Below are positions 50,267-59,635 of a DNA stretch of 64,000 nucleotides, one piece after another; the first letter of the stretch is position 1; every line of letters starts with the position of its first letter. The DNA comes from Myxococcota bacterium. Lineage in GTDB: Bacteria > Myxococcota_A > Bradymonadia > UBA7976 > UBA1532. The notes below the pieces were generated by a model, which ran no database searches, was not told where the DNA came from, and saw only the letters and a program-made list of their open reading frames with translations. Made by a program: the position numbers and the translations under genes. Location: the NCBI GenBank assembly GCA_036337435.1, contig JAYZEG010000058.1, forward strand, positions 1 through 64,000. Reading direction: 5' to 3'.

Positions 50267-50799
50267 TGAAGGCTGGCAAACTCGTTCTGCCCGCCAAGGC
50301 ACCAAGGACATACGGCATACGCGATGCCTACCGTGGACGAGTTTGGCGAACGCCTATTTCAGTCATCACCCGCGAGTTTTTCTTTTGGGGTTTGGGTTTG
50401 GGCCTCGTTGGTTTGGCTGTAGGCAACCGGTTTGTGACCGCTGTTGGACTGGGCTCGGCACTGACATTGGGTATCTGCAGTGTCCTCGCAAGCATCGCTT
50501 GCAATCGAGCCCGTGTTGAGATCATACGACATGGGTTGGGTGTTAAAGCGACACTGGGAAAAAGTCGCCGTATCCCATTGTTTCATGAACTGGTTCGTGG
50601 ACCGAGGGAGAGTACTTATCGTTTGACGTATTCCTATCTCACTCAGCACGGAGAGGCAGTCAACGGTTCCATTTGGATTTGCGGTTGTGCTCGTAAGTAT
50701 CTGTCAGAGGGAGATGTCGAACTCGCTGCATATGATGCTGACAAACCGACCAAGAGTGTTCTCCTCCGAATTGCAGTGATGGTCGCACCCCATGCATAG
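50263..50799 (+). CDS. Hypothetical two-TM protein (DUF3592-like)
   Basis: Two TM helices followed by YRLTYSY...YD..KP..S. Confidence 0.55.
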   Translation: MMKAGKLVLPAKAPRTYGIRDAYRGRVWRTPISVITREFFFWGLGLGLVGLAVGNRFVTAVGLGSALTLGICSVLASIACNRARVEIIRHGLGVKATLGKSRRIPLFHELVRGPRESTYRLTYSYLTQHGEAVNGSIWICGCARKYLSEGDVELAAYDADKPTKSVLLRIAVMVAPHA

Positions 50800-50858
50800 G
50801 GCGACGACTTGTGAACGAACTGTGTTATGTATGGCGGGCAGCTGAGGAGCGATTGAGC

Positions 50859-51857
50859 ATGAAAACAACGGTGGTCGGCGGTGGCAGTTGGGGTACAGCA
50901 CTTGCGACGGTGTTGGCAAAGAAGGGGCCTGTCCATCTATGGGCGAGATCCAAAGAGATCGTTGACGGAATCAATCAGACTCATCACAACCCAGTTTATC
51001 AAGCTGACATCGAGCTGCCCAAAAACATACAGGCGACCACTAATTTAGCCGAGTCAGTGTCAAATTCTGAGCTTGTTTGCATCGTCGTGCCAAGCCATGC
51101 CATGCGGGAAGTCTTGGCAAACATGTCTCCTCATTTGCCCTGTTCAATACCCATCGTGAGCGCATCGAAAGGCATCGAAAACGAAACCTTGATGACCATG
51201 GACGACGTGCTTAAGGCATGCCTGCCTGCTGAGCGCCATATCGATTTAGCCTATATATCCGGCCCGAGTTTTGCCCGCGAAACACTTCTCGAAATACCGA
51301 CAGCTGTGACAATTGCTGCGAGAGATAGCGACCGATGTAAACTCGTTCAAACTGTTTTTAGCACACCCTATTTCAGGACGTATGCGACGGATGATGTCGT
51401 TGGAGTTGAGTTGGGTGGGGCGTTGAAAAACGTCATCGCTATCGCATCGGGCATCGTATACGGAATGGGGCTAGGACATAATACTCGAGCTGCTCTTCTC
51501 ACACGTGGATTAGCAGAGATAACCCGCCTAGCTGTTCACATGGGAGCAAACCCATTGACCCTGTCCGGCTTGGCAGGAATGGGTGATCTTGTCCTCACGT
51601 GTACCGGAGATTTGTCCCGCAATCGAACGGTGGGCGTAAAATTAGGACGGGGGCAAAGTCTGGCCGATATTCTGGCTGAAATGAAACAAATTGCTGAGGG
51701 CGTTCGTACAACGAAGAGTGCGTATGACCTAGGCTTGCGTGAAAATATTGAGATGCCGATTACAACGGAGGTTTTTCGAATTCTCTATGAAGACAAACCA
51801 GCCCGAACTGCACTCATGGAGCTCATGGGCCGACAACTCAAACGCGAGCGCTCATGA
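50859..51857 (+). CDS. gpsA: NAD(P)H-dependent glycerol-3-phosphate dehydrogenase
   Basis: GGGSWGTALA, SKGIE, SGPSFA, GALKNVIAI, GDLVLTC..LSRN. Confidence 0.96.
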   Translation: MKTTVVGGGSWGTALATVLAKKGPVHLWARSKEIVDGINQTHHNPVYQADIELPKNIQATTNLAESVSNSELVCIVVPSHAMREVLANMSPHLPCSIPIVSASKGIENETLMTMDDVLKACLPAERHIDLAYISGPSFARETLLEIPTAVTIAARDSDRCKLVQTVFSTPYFRTYATDDVVGVELGGALKNVIAIASGIVYGMGLGHNTRAALLTRGLAEITRLAVHMGANPLTLSGLAGMGDLVLTCTGDLSRNRTVGVKLGRGQSLADILAEMKQIAEGVRTTKSAYDLGLRENIEMPITTEVFRILYEDKPARTALMELMGRQLKRERS

Positions 51858-52462
51858 ATCAATACCTACTTGTCCTTGTGGTCCTCACCACCGCCGATGT
51901 AACCGCTGCGCTGGCAAAAGGATCAAGTCATGCACAATCATCTGTTGGTGTGTATGCCGACACTGATCCAGATGCTGACGTGAAACGAAACGTCGAGACA
52001 CTGATGGGCATTTACCTGGTTCATGCACCAAGACGGCACCGATGGGAGAAGGTCGACAAGTCTCGAAACCGGATCACCTTATCCGTTTGGCATCCTGTTG
52101 GTGACACCAGCAATACCGAGCTGATCACACGAGCCGTCAAATGGATCTTCTTTGGACGCACACAGTATGCAAAGGGCGCTCGAGGTGTCTTCAGTGAATT
52201 GCCAGATGTTGACTCCATAACCTTGACCTTCAATGATATCGTACGAAAGAACACCCGAAGACGTCTAAACCATCGGTCAAAAGATCGAATTAAGGCGTAT
52301 CTGTCCATTACACTCAGTCGGGCTTTGTTCGAATCACTCGATGTACACCCCATAAAAGAATGCGTTGAACGAATGGATTGTCGACAGGTGCTGAAGCGCT
52401 ATTTTAAGAACCACCGCATCAATCGGCGGTACATTGAGCGGACAAGGCGAGCGCGGCAGTGA
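51854..52462 (+). CDS. Hypothetical secreted basic protein
   Basis: Signal peptide; translationally coupled on both sides (ATGA and GTGA overlaps). Confidence 0.7.
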   Translation: MNQYLLVLVVLTTADVTAALAKGSSHAQSSVGVYADTDPDADVKRNVETLMGIYLVHAPRRHRWEKVDKSRNRITLSVWHPVGDTSNTELITRAVKWIFFGRTQYAKGARGVFSELPDVDSITLTFNDIVRKNTRRRLNHRSKDRIKAYLSITLSRALFESLDVHPIKECVERMDCRQVLKRYFKNHRINRRYIERTRRARQ

Positions 52463-53319
52463 TGAATAACGATGTCTGGACCCTCGGCCGGGTCATGAAG
52501 TGGACCACCGGCTTTTTTGAACGAAAGGGCAGTGCAAGCGCGCGGCTTGATGCAGAACTACTGATTGCTCATGCGCTCAATATGAGTCGTATGCAACTGT
52601 ACACGGAGCACCACAAGCCGCTTTCTGGTGACGAACTCTCTGCGACTCGCGCCTTGGTTGCTCGACGTGGAGACGGTGAGCCCGTCGCTTACATTATCGG
52701 ACGAAAGGCATTTTGGACGATTGAACTTACCGTGGACAAGAGGGTGCTCATACCGCGGCCGGAAACGGAACATTTGGTTGAACATGGCCTAGAACGAATG
52801 CGTGGTCTTGCGAATCCAAAAGTCTTAGATCTCTGCTGTGGAAGCGGATGTATCGCTTTGGCAGTCGCAGCGACGCGACGCGATGCGCAAGTTTTGGCCA
52901 CAGATTTGAGCGATGACGCGTTGGCCTTGGCACAAACAAATCGAGATGAACTCGGGCTCAACAATGTCACGATCCAAAAAAGTGACGCTTTTACTGCCAT
53001 TGACGGCACTTTTGACGTGATTCTGAGTAATCCTCCCTATATTTCGCATCCACAGCTTGAGACGCTGATGCCGTCTGTCAAACACTATGAGCCGATGATG
53101 GCATTAGACGGCGGAACCGATGGCTTGACTTTTTATCGTTTGATCTCAACAAAAGCACGCCAGAATCTAAACGAAGGCGGAATGATATTAGTCGAAATTG
53201 GCTTTGACCAAGGCCATTCAGTGAGCGAGCTTTTCAAGGCAGAAGGCTACCGAGACATACGCATCTATAAAGACTACGCCGGTCATGATCGCGTCATCGA
53301 GGCAAAGTGTCCACAGTAG
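52459..53319 (+). CDS. prmC: Release factor glutamine methyltransferase
   Basis: GEPVAYI.G, VLIPRPETE, DLCCGSGCI, SNPPYI, LDGG.DGL. Confidence 0.95.
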   Translation: MMNNDVWTLGRVMKWTTGFFERKGSASARLDAELLIAHALNMSRMQLYTEHHKPLSGDELSATRALVARRGDGEPVAYIIGRKAFWTIELTVDKRVLIPRPETEHLVEHGLERMRGLANPKVLDLCCGSGCIALAVAATRRDAQVLATDLSDDALALAQTNRDELGLNNVTIQKSDAFTAIDGTFDVILSNPPYISHPQLETLMPSVKHYEPMMALDGGTDGLTFYRLISTKARQNLNEGGMILVEIGFDQGHSVSELFKAEGYRDIRIYKDYAGHDRVIEAKCPQ

Positions 53320-53324
53320 ACACG

Positions 53325-53675
53325 TCAAAATGCAACGGCAGCCGTCGCGCTGACAATGGCCGACAGTGCCGCTAGCCCCGCAAGGCCATCGATTTCAATA
53401 TCTCCATCGGTGGCACCAGTAGCCATCTTGAGAAGGATCATATTGACCCCGATGGGAACCAAAACACCGAGAAGACCAAACGTGAGAATCCGAGGTAAAA
53501 ATAAGATCATGCCCATGATGGTCTCCAAGAACCAGCCGCAGATGACATTCATCACACCGAAAACCGCAGCACCAAAAACCGCCGCAAATGGAGATTTAAT
53601 TTTGACGTTGGGCAGGGCAGCCGCGGCAACCAACAAGACAGCCGAGAGAACAGCCCATTTGTACAAAAGCTCCAT
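53325..53675 (-). CDS. YvlD/4-TMS holin-like membrane protein
   Basis: Four hydrophobic segments with LP..LTFGL..VN motif. Confidence 0.75.
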   Translation of the reverse strand: MELLYKWAVLSAVLLVAAAALPNVKIKSPFAAVFGAAVFGVMNVICGWFLETIMGMILFLPRILTFGLLGVLVPIGVNMILLKMATGATDGDIEIDGLAGLAALSAIVSATAAVAF

Positions 53676-53680
53676 CTTGC

Positions 53681-54385
53681 CTACCCCAAATTCATCGAGC
53701 GATGGGTATCCACCGCTAAACCCGCTCCACCTCGACCTGCCAAGACCAGCACTCGGGATGCTTTACCTCGGTCATCCTCCAAGAATCTCATCTTTTTTGC
53801 CAGCAAACCGTGACTCGGCAATGCTCGCAGTAGTGTCTCTAACCGCGAACTGTCATAAATCAAGACCAGGTGTCCATCCTCTCTCATTGCCCTCCGCGCA
53901 GCCCCAATAAAGTCCTGCAAGGTTCCATTCAATTCATGAGTGGCACTCAACTGATCCTCATGAGAGCTTTGTCGACCCCATCCCATGGGATAGAAAGGCG
54001 GATTTGCGACCACAAGGTCGAACGCAGCGGGGATTGGCAAGGCCCGAATGTCAGCACGTATAACCAGAGCCTTGTCCATTCGGTTGAGTCGGAGATTACG
54101 CTGTGCCTGACCGACGCGGACCTCGTCTAATTCAATGCCAACAACCCCCTTTAATCGAGGCTCAATCACCGAGAGGGCGACCATAATTGGCGCGACCCCA
54201 CATCCGAGATCCAGCACCCGATCAGACCGTCGCAACGGTACAAAATGTGCAAGATCAAATGCCCAAGGGCAGGGTTCAAAACCACGTTTCGACTGAATAA
54301 GCCAACGGGAGCCAAAGGCACGAATACGTTCGCCTTGCATAACATCAATCCCCAATTGATGCGCATACTCACGACCCGCATTCAC
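53681..54385 (-). CDS. SAM-dependent methyltransferase (TrmN6/tRNA1Val A37-like)
   Basis: Q..RGF, VLDLGCG, ANPPFY, A.HEL. GTG start overlaps the panC stop. Confidence 0.82.
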   Translation of the reverse strand: MNAGREYAHQLGIDVMQGERIRAFGSRWLIQSKRGFEPCPWAFDLAHFVPLRRSDRVLDLGCGVAPIMVALSVIEPRLKGVVGIELDEVRVGQAQRNLRLNRMDKALVIRADIRALPIPAAFDLVVANPPFYPMGWGRQSSHEDQLSATHELNGTLQDFIGAARRAMREDGHLVLIYDSSRLETLLRALPSHGLLAKKMRFLEDDRGKASRVLVLAGRGGAGLAVDTHRSMNLG

Positions 54386-55245
54386 GAGTCTTGGCTGCGG
54401 GGATCGAGGAGGCAATTATCGATGAGTCGAGTTTCACCAAAATAAACGGCTATGGCGATTAAGGTCAATCGGTCACAAACACCCTCAATGGGTGCCAGTG
54501 AATCTGCGTCACAAATCTCCACATAATCAATTCGTGCAAGGGTGGAATTTGAAACGGTCTCGTGCACGATAGCGCGTAAGTCCACTGCATTTCTAACCCC
54601 ATCACGCCAAGCGACCAGAGCCTTTTTTAAACCCATTGACAAAACCAGAGCTTGCCTTCGCTCTGACGGATTTAAATAAGAATTACGGCTGCTCATTGCG
54701 AGACCATCGGATTCACGCACAATCGGATGACCGATAATCTGAACTGGTAAATTCAAATCGCGTACCATTCGGCGGATGGCAGCGAGCTGCTGGTAATCTT
54801 TTTCTCCAAAAACAGCGACATCGCAATCGACGATATTGAAGAGTTTGAGGACGACGGTGGTCACACCATCGAAATGTCCTGGGCGACTTGCTCCGCACAA
54901 ACGCTCCGTCAACGTCGATACAGACACACATGTCACAGAGCCATCAGGGTATATGGTCTGTACATCAGGTAAAAAAACAGCATTGCAGCCAACAGAGCGA
55001 GCCTTCTCGAGGTCACCGGCCACGTCTCTTGGATATGAATCATAATCTTCATCGGGTCCAAACTGAGTTGGATTAACGAAGATGCTGGCGATAACCATAT
55101 CGGCGTGTTTCTGAGCCTGACTCATGAGAGCAAGATGACCGCTATGAAGGAACCCCATGGTTGGCACAAAAGCGATGGTTAGGCCTTGGTCACGCACGGA
55201 TTGAGTGAAGACACGGACGTCTTGTATGGAGTAGAGCAGGTGCAT
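54382..55245 (-). CDS. panC: Pantoate--beta-alanine ligase
   Basis: VPTMGFLHSGH, SIFVNPTQF, RPGHFDGV, FGEKDYQQ, GLAMSSRN, RLIDN. Confidence 0.97.
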   Translation of the reverse strand: MHLLYSIQDVRVFTQSVRDQGLTIAFVPTMGFLHSGHLALMSQAQKHADMVIASIFVNPTQFGPDEDYDSYPRDVAGDLEKARSVGCNAVFLPDVQTIYPDGSVTCVSVSTLTERLCGASRPGHFDGVTTVVLKLFNIVDCDVAVFGEKDYQQLAAIRRMVRDLNLPVQIIGHPIVRESDGLAMSSRNSYLNPSERRQALVLSMGLKKALVAWRDGVRNAVDLRAIVHETVSNSTLARIDYVEICDADSLAPIEGVCDRLTLIAIAVYFGETRLIDNCLLDPRSQDS

Positions 55246-55277
55246 GTAAGACGAGGAGCCTTCAGCTGAAATCAGGC

Positions 55278-56078
55278 TTAATGGTGACTGTGAGCCAATG
55301 CTGGGAAAGCACCATCTCTCACTTCATGTCGATACGCTGCGAGTGCGTCGACAACTTCTTTACTCAGATTCGAATACTTCTTCAGAAATTTGGGATTAAA
55401 ACGCTCGTCTAAACCAAGCAAATCATACAAAACCAGAATTTGCCCGTCACACGTGGCACCCGCTCCGATACCCACCGTCGGAATCGAGAGTGCCTTTGTG
55501 ACTTGAGCCGCGAGCGTGGCGGGTACGCCTTCCAACACCAAGGAATAACATCCGGCATCTTGGAGTGCTTTTGCGTCTTTTAGGATGCGGTCTGCTGCAT
55601 CATCGCTACGGCCTTGAATCCGATAACCACCAAATTGATGGACGGACTGCGGGGTCAAACCTAAATGACCCATGACGGGTACGCCGGCGGTCGTCAATCT
55701 GTGGATCAACTCTGCTCGTTCTCGTCCACCCTCGATCTTGATCGCTTGAACACCGCCTTCCTTCATGAGGCGCGTTGAGTTTTCAAGCGCCTGGTCAAGC
55801 GAGGCTTGATAGGTCCCAAATGGCATGTCGCCGACCAAATGAGGTCGCCGGCATCCGCGAGCAACTGCCCGACAGTGGTAAATGATTTCATCTAAGGTCA
55901 CCGGCAAAGTATGTTCATGACCTTGTATCACCATGCCTAACGAATCGCCGATCAAGATGGCATCAATGTCCGCTTGCTCGACCAATCGAGCGAAGGTGGC
56001 ATCGTAACAGGTCACCATGACCAGTTTGCGCTCCTCAAGCTTTGCATTGCGAAAATAGCGTGTGGTTAGTCTACTCAT
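55278..56078 (-). CDS. panB: 3-methyl-2-oxobutanoate hydroxymethyltransferase
   Basis: TCYD, IGDSLGM, DMPF, KIEGG, GHLGLTPQ, GIGAG..CDGQILV. Confidence 0.97.
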   Translation of the reverse strand: MSRLTTRYFRNAKLEERKLVMVTCYDATFARLVEQADIDAILIGDSLGMVIQGHEHTLPVTLDEIIYHCRAVARGCRRPHLVGDMPFGTYQASLDQALENSTRLMKEGGVQAIKIEGGRERAELIHRLTTAGVPVMGHLGLTPQSVHQFGGYRIQGRSDDAADRILKDAKALQDAGCYSLVLEGVPATLAAQVTKALSIPTVGIGAGATCDGQILVLYDLLGLDERFNPKFLKKYSNLSKEVVDALAAYRHEVRDGAFPALAHSHH

Positions 56079-56088
56079 CGTCTCCCTC

Positions 56089-56178
56089 TCGTCCCGGGCT
56101 CTCATGCTCCAGGCAATCAGGTGTTTTTGATTGGGCTCCGCAACACCGAATGAGCCTCCCGATTATGGGTAGGCGCTC
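56089..56178 (-). promoter_or_regulatory. pan-motif-like cis-regulatory RNA (two bulged-A hairpins) in the panB leader
   Basis: UUG-CCUGG-A-GC-loop-GC-CCGGG-A-CGA (56116-56089) and GCCU-A-CCC-loop-GGG-AGGC (about 56174-56154), just upstream of the panB SD. Confidence 0.65.
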
Positions 56179-56221
56179 CGTCTGTTGCACTCAAACGAGT
56201 GTGAAGCCTTCGTTCTAGCCT

Positions 56222-56251
56222 ATTGTACTCGAAAATACAGTCCGTCGCCAA
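56222..56251 (-). promoter_or_regulatory. Candidate sigma70 promoter for panB
   Basis: TTGGCG-N18-TACAAT on the minus strand. Confidence 0.35.
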
Positions 56252-56288
56252 AACTCGATAAATTCTCCAATGGGCGTATACTGCAAGG

Positions 56289-56693
56289 GTGAGAGTGAAG
56301 GCAATCCTATTGTTGTGTGGCTTGTTATTAAGCTGCGGAGGTCAACCTTCGGCGGGTGTCAAACATTGGGATCCACCCGAAGCCGGGACGGGTCTATTTT
56401 ATCTGCGCTACAATCTTCCAAATGCACTTTTGGATCGTCTTGAACTTGGCTTCGAAATTAAGGCTGGAGCTGGTTGGGAGCGGGTGTCTATTGCGTTCGT
56501 CAACGAATCTGAGGGTGCCCTCCTAAAACTCCAACAACAAGTCGAACGTGCACCGAACCAAACACTACCGGTGCTCGGAGAGCTCTCATCAGACTTGGTC
56601 GGCTGGGCGGGTAATCATCATTGTCGACGACTCAAGATCCTGGAGAGTGATTCGGCAAAGTTAGAGAAGCGGATCAGCGAAAATCCACCATGA
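56289..56693 (+). CDS. Hypothetical lipoprotein
   Basis: Lipobox LLSC after a hydrophobic stretch. Confidence 0.6.
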   Translation: MRVKAILLLCGLLLSCGGQPSAGVKHWDPPEAGTGLFYLRYNLPNALLDRLELGFEIKAGAGWERVSIAFVNESEGALLKLQQQVERAPNQTLPVLGELSSDLVGWAGNHHCRRLKILESDSAKLEKRISENPP

Positions 56694-56716
56694 CCGAGGT
56701 TGAACTCAAAAGGGCA

Positions 56717-59479
56717 TCATGGCCCGAGGCTATTGAGACAACGTGTCAACAGCCGAGTCGACTGAAAGGCACACTGATTATTGACGCACCCACATTGACC
56801 GTACTGAACAAAGCAGCTCGCTCGAGGCGACAAGGGCAGCCCCCGGTCTTCTTGGACTCGACCCCGCGTACAAAATTGCCCCATTAAGCCAGACTGATTG
56901 CACTGTTCATCAACGGCACAACGCATGGGCGGAATGTCTTCAAAGCACTCACCGGGCTGCTGGATGGCATCTTCGTCAGCACCGAGGCAGTCCGCGTCAC
57001 ATGGATTCGAATACAACATCTGGCCGGGGACACAAACCGGCTGCCAAATGGCATCACAACGCTGACAGGCTGCATCACAAATGCTTTCGAATTGAGCACC
57101 CATAGGATTTTCTGCTTCATCAACCGAACCGTCGCAATCATTATCACTCTGATCGCAGGATTCATCGGCTGGCAATCGACCTCCAATGCATTCACCCCAA
57201 GAGCCTTCTTCACAGACTTGATGACCAAAACGACATTCACCAACATTCGAACCGCAGCGCCGAACGAGCGCCCGAATCGGCCGATTATCCTGACATGCAT
57301 CTTCATCGCCAACAACACAACCGATAGCGACCGGCATGTGTCCCTCGTCCACAGACCCATCGCAATCATTGTCGATTCCGTCACACCTCTCGCGTGCGAC
57401 CGGTACATTTTCGTCTACTCGCCCGTCACAATCGTTGTCGATTTGATCGCACACCTCTTGTTGCTGAGCGAGATTCTCATCCGTTTGCCCATCACAGTCG
57501 TTGTCGATTTGGTCGCAGACTTCCCGTTGGGGACTGACACCACCACGACAATCGGACCACTGGCCTAAGGAACATAGTCGTTGACCGAATTGACATGCGC
57601 CAACATCGGAACCACATCTCTGCCTGATGTCGTTGTCAACCAATCCATCACAGTCGTTATCGAGCCCATCGCAAACCTCTGCGGCCTGCAAACGAACACA
57701 TTCACCCCAAGATCCCGCGTCGCAGAGTTGAAACCGGCCACAAATATCTCTGTCTTGGTCGCATAAGCGGGTGAGGTCTTCATCAACTTCGCCATCACAA
57801 TCGTTGTCGATGTTGTCGCAAACCTCGACACTCGAGTCCGCAGCGGAGCTAGACAGCGGCACACCACGACAAAGAGCTTCACAAGCATTTCGGAATGACT
57901 GTCCATTGATACAAACCGGATCTTCTGGCAGATGTTCGCACTCACACGCTTGACATACGGGGCGACCCGATAAGTCAGGCAGGCACCGACTCTGACCAAG
58001 ACATCCATCGTCTTCAGCACATTCGTTTAAGCATAATCCGCCTCGGACAAGGCTCAAACCATCGAGAAACTCAACATGGGCACAAACACCTCGGGGACAT
58101 GTTTCGTCCCTACCCACATCACATCGTGGCAGACAAAGACCGTCATCAGCACTGAGAGGATAGCAGCCCAGGGATCGCTGTTCTTGAGACCGGTCCCCAA
58201 AACGACTCACCGCATCAAAGGAACAGGTTGGATTTGCGGGTGTACATTGGCTTGGTCGGCGGCAACTTAAGACACATTGGCTTGAATTTTCAGGATCGGA
58301 ACAAGCATCGCGATTACCAGGTACCCGTTGGTCTGGAACTGGAAGGCAGCTCTGGCCGAAAGCACATTGCTCATCGCTGCTACATCCGAGGATGCAGGGT
58401 CCGTCATAACGTACGATTTCACCATTACATTCCGCGAGGCATCGACTTTCGTATTCCCGACCCTGGTCCGTGCAGACACGGTCGCCTGGACGCGCCAGTT
58501 CGCATTCTTCACAACCACGTTCTTGGCAGCGTCCGCCGATGCAAGCCAAAGTGTCAGGACATGGATTAGATGCATCACAACCCATGCATGGACCAGGCAT
58601 AATCTCGAGGGCTCCTCGACATTGCGCATGACAGCGATTCCGGTACGTTGTTGGCTGGTCGGCACCCATGCCACAGACGAGTTCTTCCTGGTCTGGACAC
58701 TCAGCCACACAGGCGTCACGCGGATCCAAACACCGAAATCGACCGAGCAGACAGCCTCCATCCACACAAATTTCTGTTGCCTCACAAGAAGCAGCACACT
58801 CATCTTCCGTACATTGATTATCAACACAGGACTGCCCTGGCTCGCATTGTTCTCGGCCACAAGAAAACCGGCACACACGCTCATCGGAACACCCGGTCAA
58901 TGCACATGAATCTCCGGCGCAGCGACAATTTTCACAGCCTTCAGATCCAACCTCAAACCCATCAGCACAATACCGGTCGCATACTGGAGCATCACCACAT
59001 TCGGGCGGCTGACACCCATTGCAAACCATCTCGATCGTCCCAGTCCAAGACGGCTCTGACACAACCCGCAACAAGACAAAGTATCGTCCACTTGACGGAA
59101 TTGTGAGTTGCACGTTTGTCCTTTGACGACCCGTTTTTGCGACGAGAGATTGACCCCATAAGCCATTCTGACCACGCGGTCCGTAAATGGCCACGGAGAA
59201 AGAGCCTTGAGCAGGGTCGGCTGCAATCCGGAGTTCAACGATTTCATCTTCGATGGCATTAAATACGTAGCCGTCCAATCGGCCTGACTGAAGATCAACC
59301 TGGGTCGGACTTTGCAAATTGAGTTGCCCTTTTGTTGTAAACAACGTGTAGGCGCGGCCATCTTCAGCAACAAAATGGCCCTGTCCACTCGGTACGGCCT
59401 CATTGTTAGGAGACTCCCCCTTGGTGTCCTGGCAACCAAGAGCAAATAACAACCAACAAATGTAAACCACGCGGACCAT
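56717..59479 (-). CDS. Cys-rich lipoprotein: PPC-like domain, antistasin-like, Kazal-like x4, MopE-type repeats, C-terminal Cys-cluster domain
   Basis: Lipobox ALGC, CDRYCADGF...GC..CRC, four PVC..G..Y.N.C...C units and six E.CD..DNDCDG..D units. Confidence 0.8.
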   Translation of the reverse strand: MVRVVYICWLLFALGCQDTKGESPNNEAVPSGQGHFVAEDGRAYTLFTTKGQLNLQSPTQVDLQSGRLDGYVFNAIEDEIVELRIAADPAQGSFSVAIYGPRGQNGLWGQSLVAKTGRQRTNVQLTIPSSGRYFVLLRVVSEPSWTGTIEMVCNGCQPPECGDAPVCDRYCADGFEVGSEGCENCRCAGDSCALTGCSDERVCRFSCGREQCEPGQSCVDNQCTEDECAASCEATEICVDGGCLLGRFRCLDPRDACVAECPDQEELVCGMGADQPTTYRNRCHAQCRGALEIMPGPCMGCDASNPCPDTLACIGGRCQERGCEECELARPGDRVCTDQGREYESRCLAECNGEIVRYDGPCILGCSSDEQCAFGQSCLPVPDQRVPGNRDACSDPENSSQCVLSCRRPSQCTPANPTCSFDAVSRFGDRSQEQRSLGCYPLSADDGLCLPRCDVGRDETCPRGVCAHVEFLDGLSLVRGGLCLNECAEDDGCLGQSRCLPDLSGRPVCQACECEHLPEDPVCINGQSFRNACEALCRGVPLSSSAADSSVEVCDNIDNDCDGEVDEDLTRLCDQDRDICGRFQLCDAGSWGECVRLQAAEVCDGLDNDCDGLVDNDIRQRCGSDVGACQFGQRLCSLGQWSDCRGGVSPQREVCDQIDNDCDGQTDENLAQQQEVCDQIDNDCDGRVDENVPVARERCDGIDNDCDGSVDEGHMPVAIGCVVGDEDACQDNRPIRALVRRCGSNVGECRFGHQVCEEGSWGECIGGRLPADESCDQSDNDCDGSVDEAENPMGAQFESICDAACQRCDAIWQPVCVPGQMLYSNPCDADCLGADEDAIQQPGECFEDIPPMRCAVDEQCNQSGLMGQFCTRGRVQEDRGLPLSPRASCFVQYGQCGCVNNQCAFQSTRLLTRCLNSLGP
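57120..57830 (-). repeat. Six intragenic E-x-C-D-x-x-D-N-D-C-D-G repeats
   Basis: Recurring tcRcaRtcRttRtc units on the + strand near 57131, 57360, 57425, 57491, 57646 and 57793. Confidence 0.8.
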
Positions 59480-59635
59480 TAAATGAACTCCAAAGTCACA
59501 GGACAAAGTTTAGCAAAATTTAAGCCAAGTTCGACGTTTTTCGTTTCAGCACACGCTGCACAAAAAACCTGATGAATGAAGGACATAAAGTCACAATTTG
59601 GTGCCAAGCACTGTTGACACTGTCAAGTTTGCTTG

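Noticed and set aside
53325..53675. Holin-family gene as evidence for a prophage
   Set aside because: YvlD-like proteins are common chromosomal genes; no integrase, capsid or endolysin nearby
57120..57830. Repeats as a CRISPR-like array
   Set aside because: They are degenerate, irregularly spaced, in-frame protein repeats that vary at third codon positions; no cas genes
59590..59607. Sigma54 promoter on the minus strand (TGGCAC...)
   Set aside because: The -12 element is TTGT and off by one, so GG-N10-GC is not met
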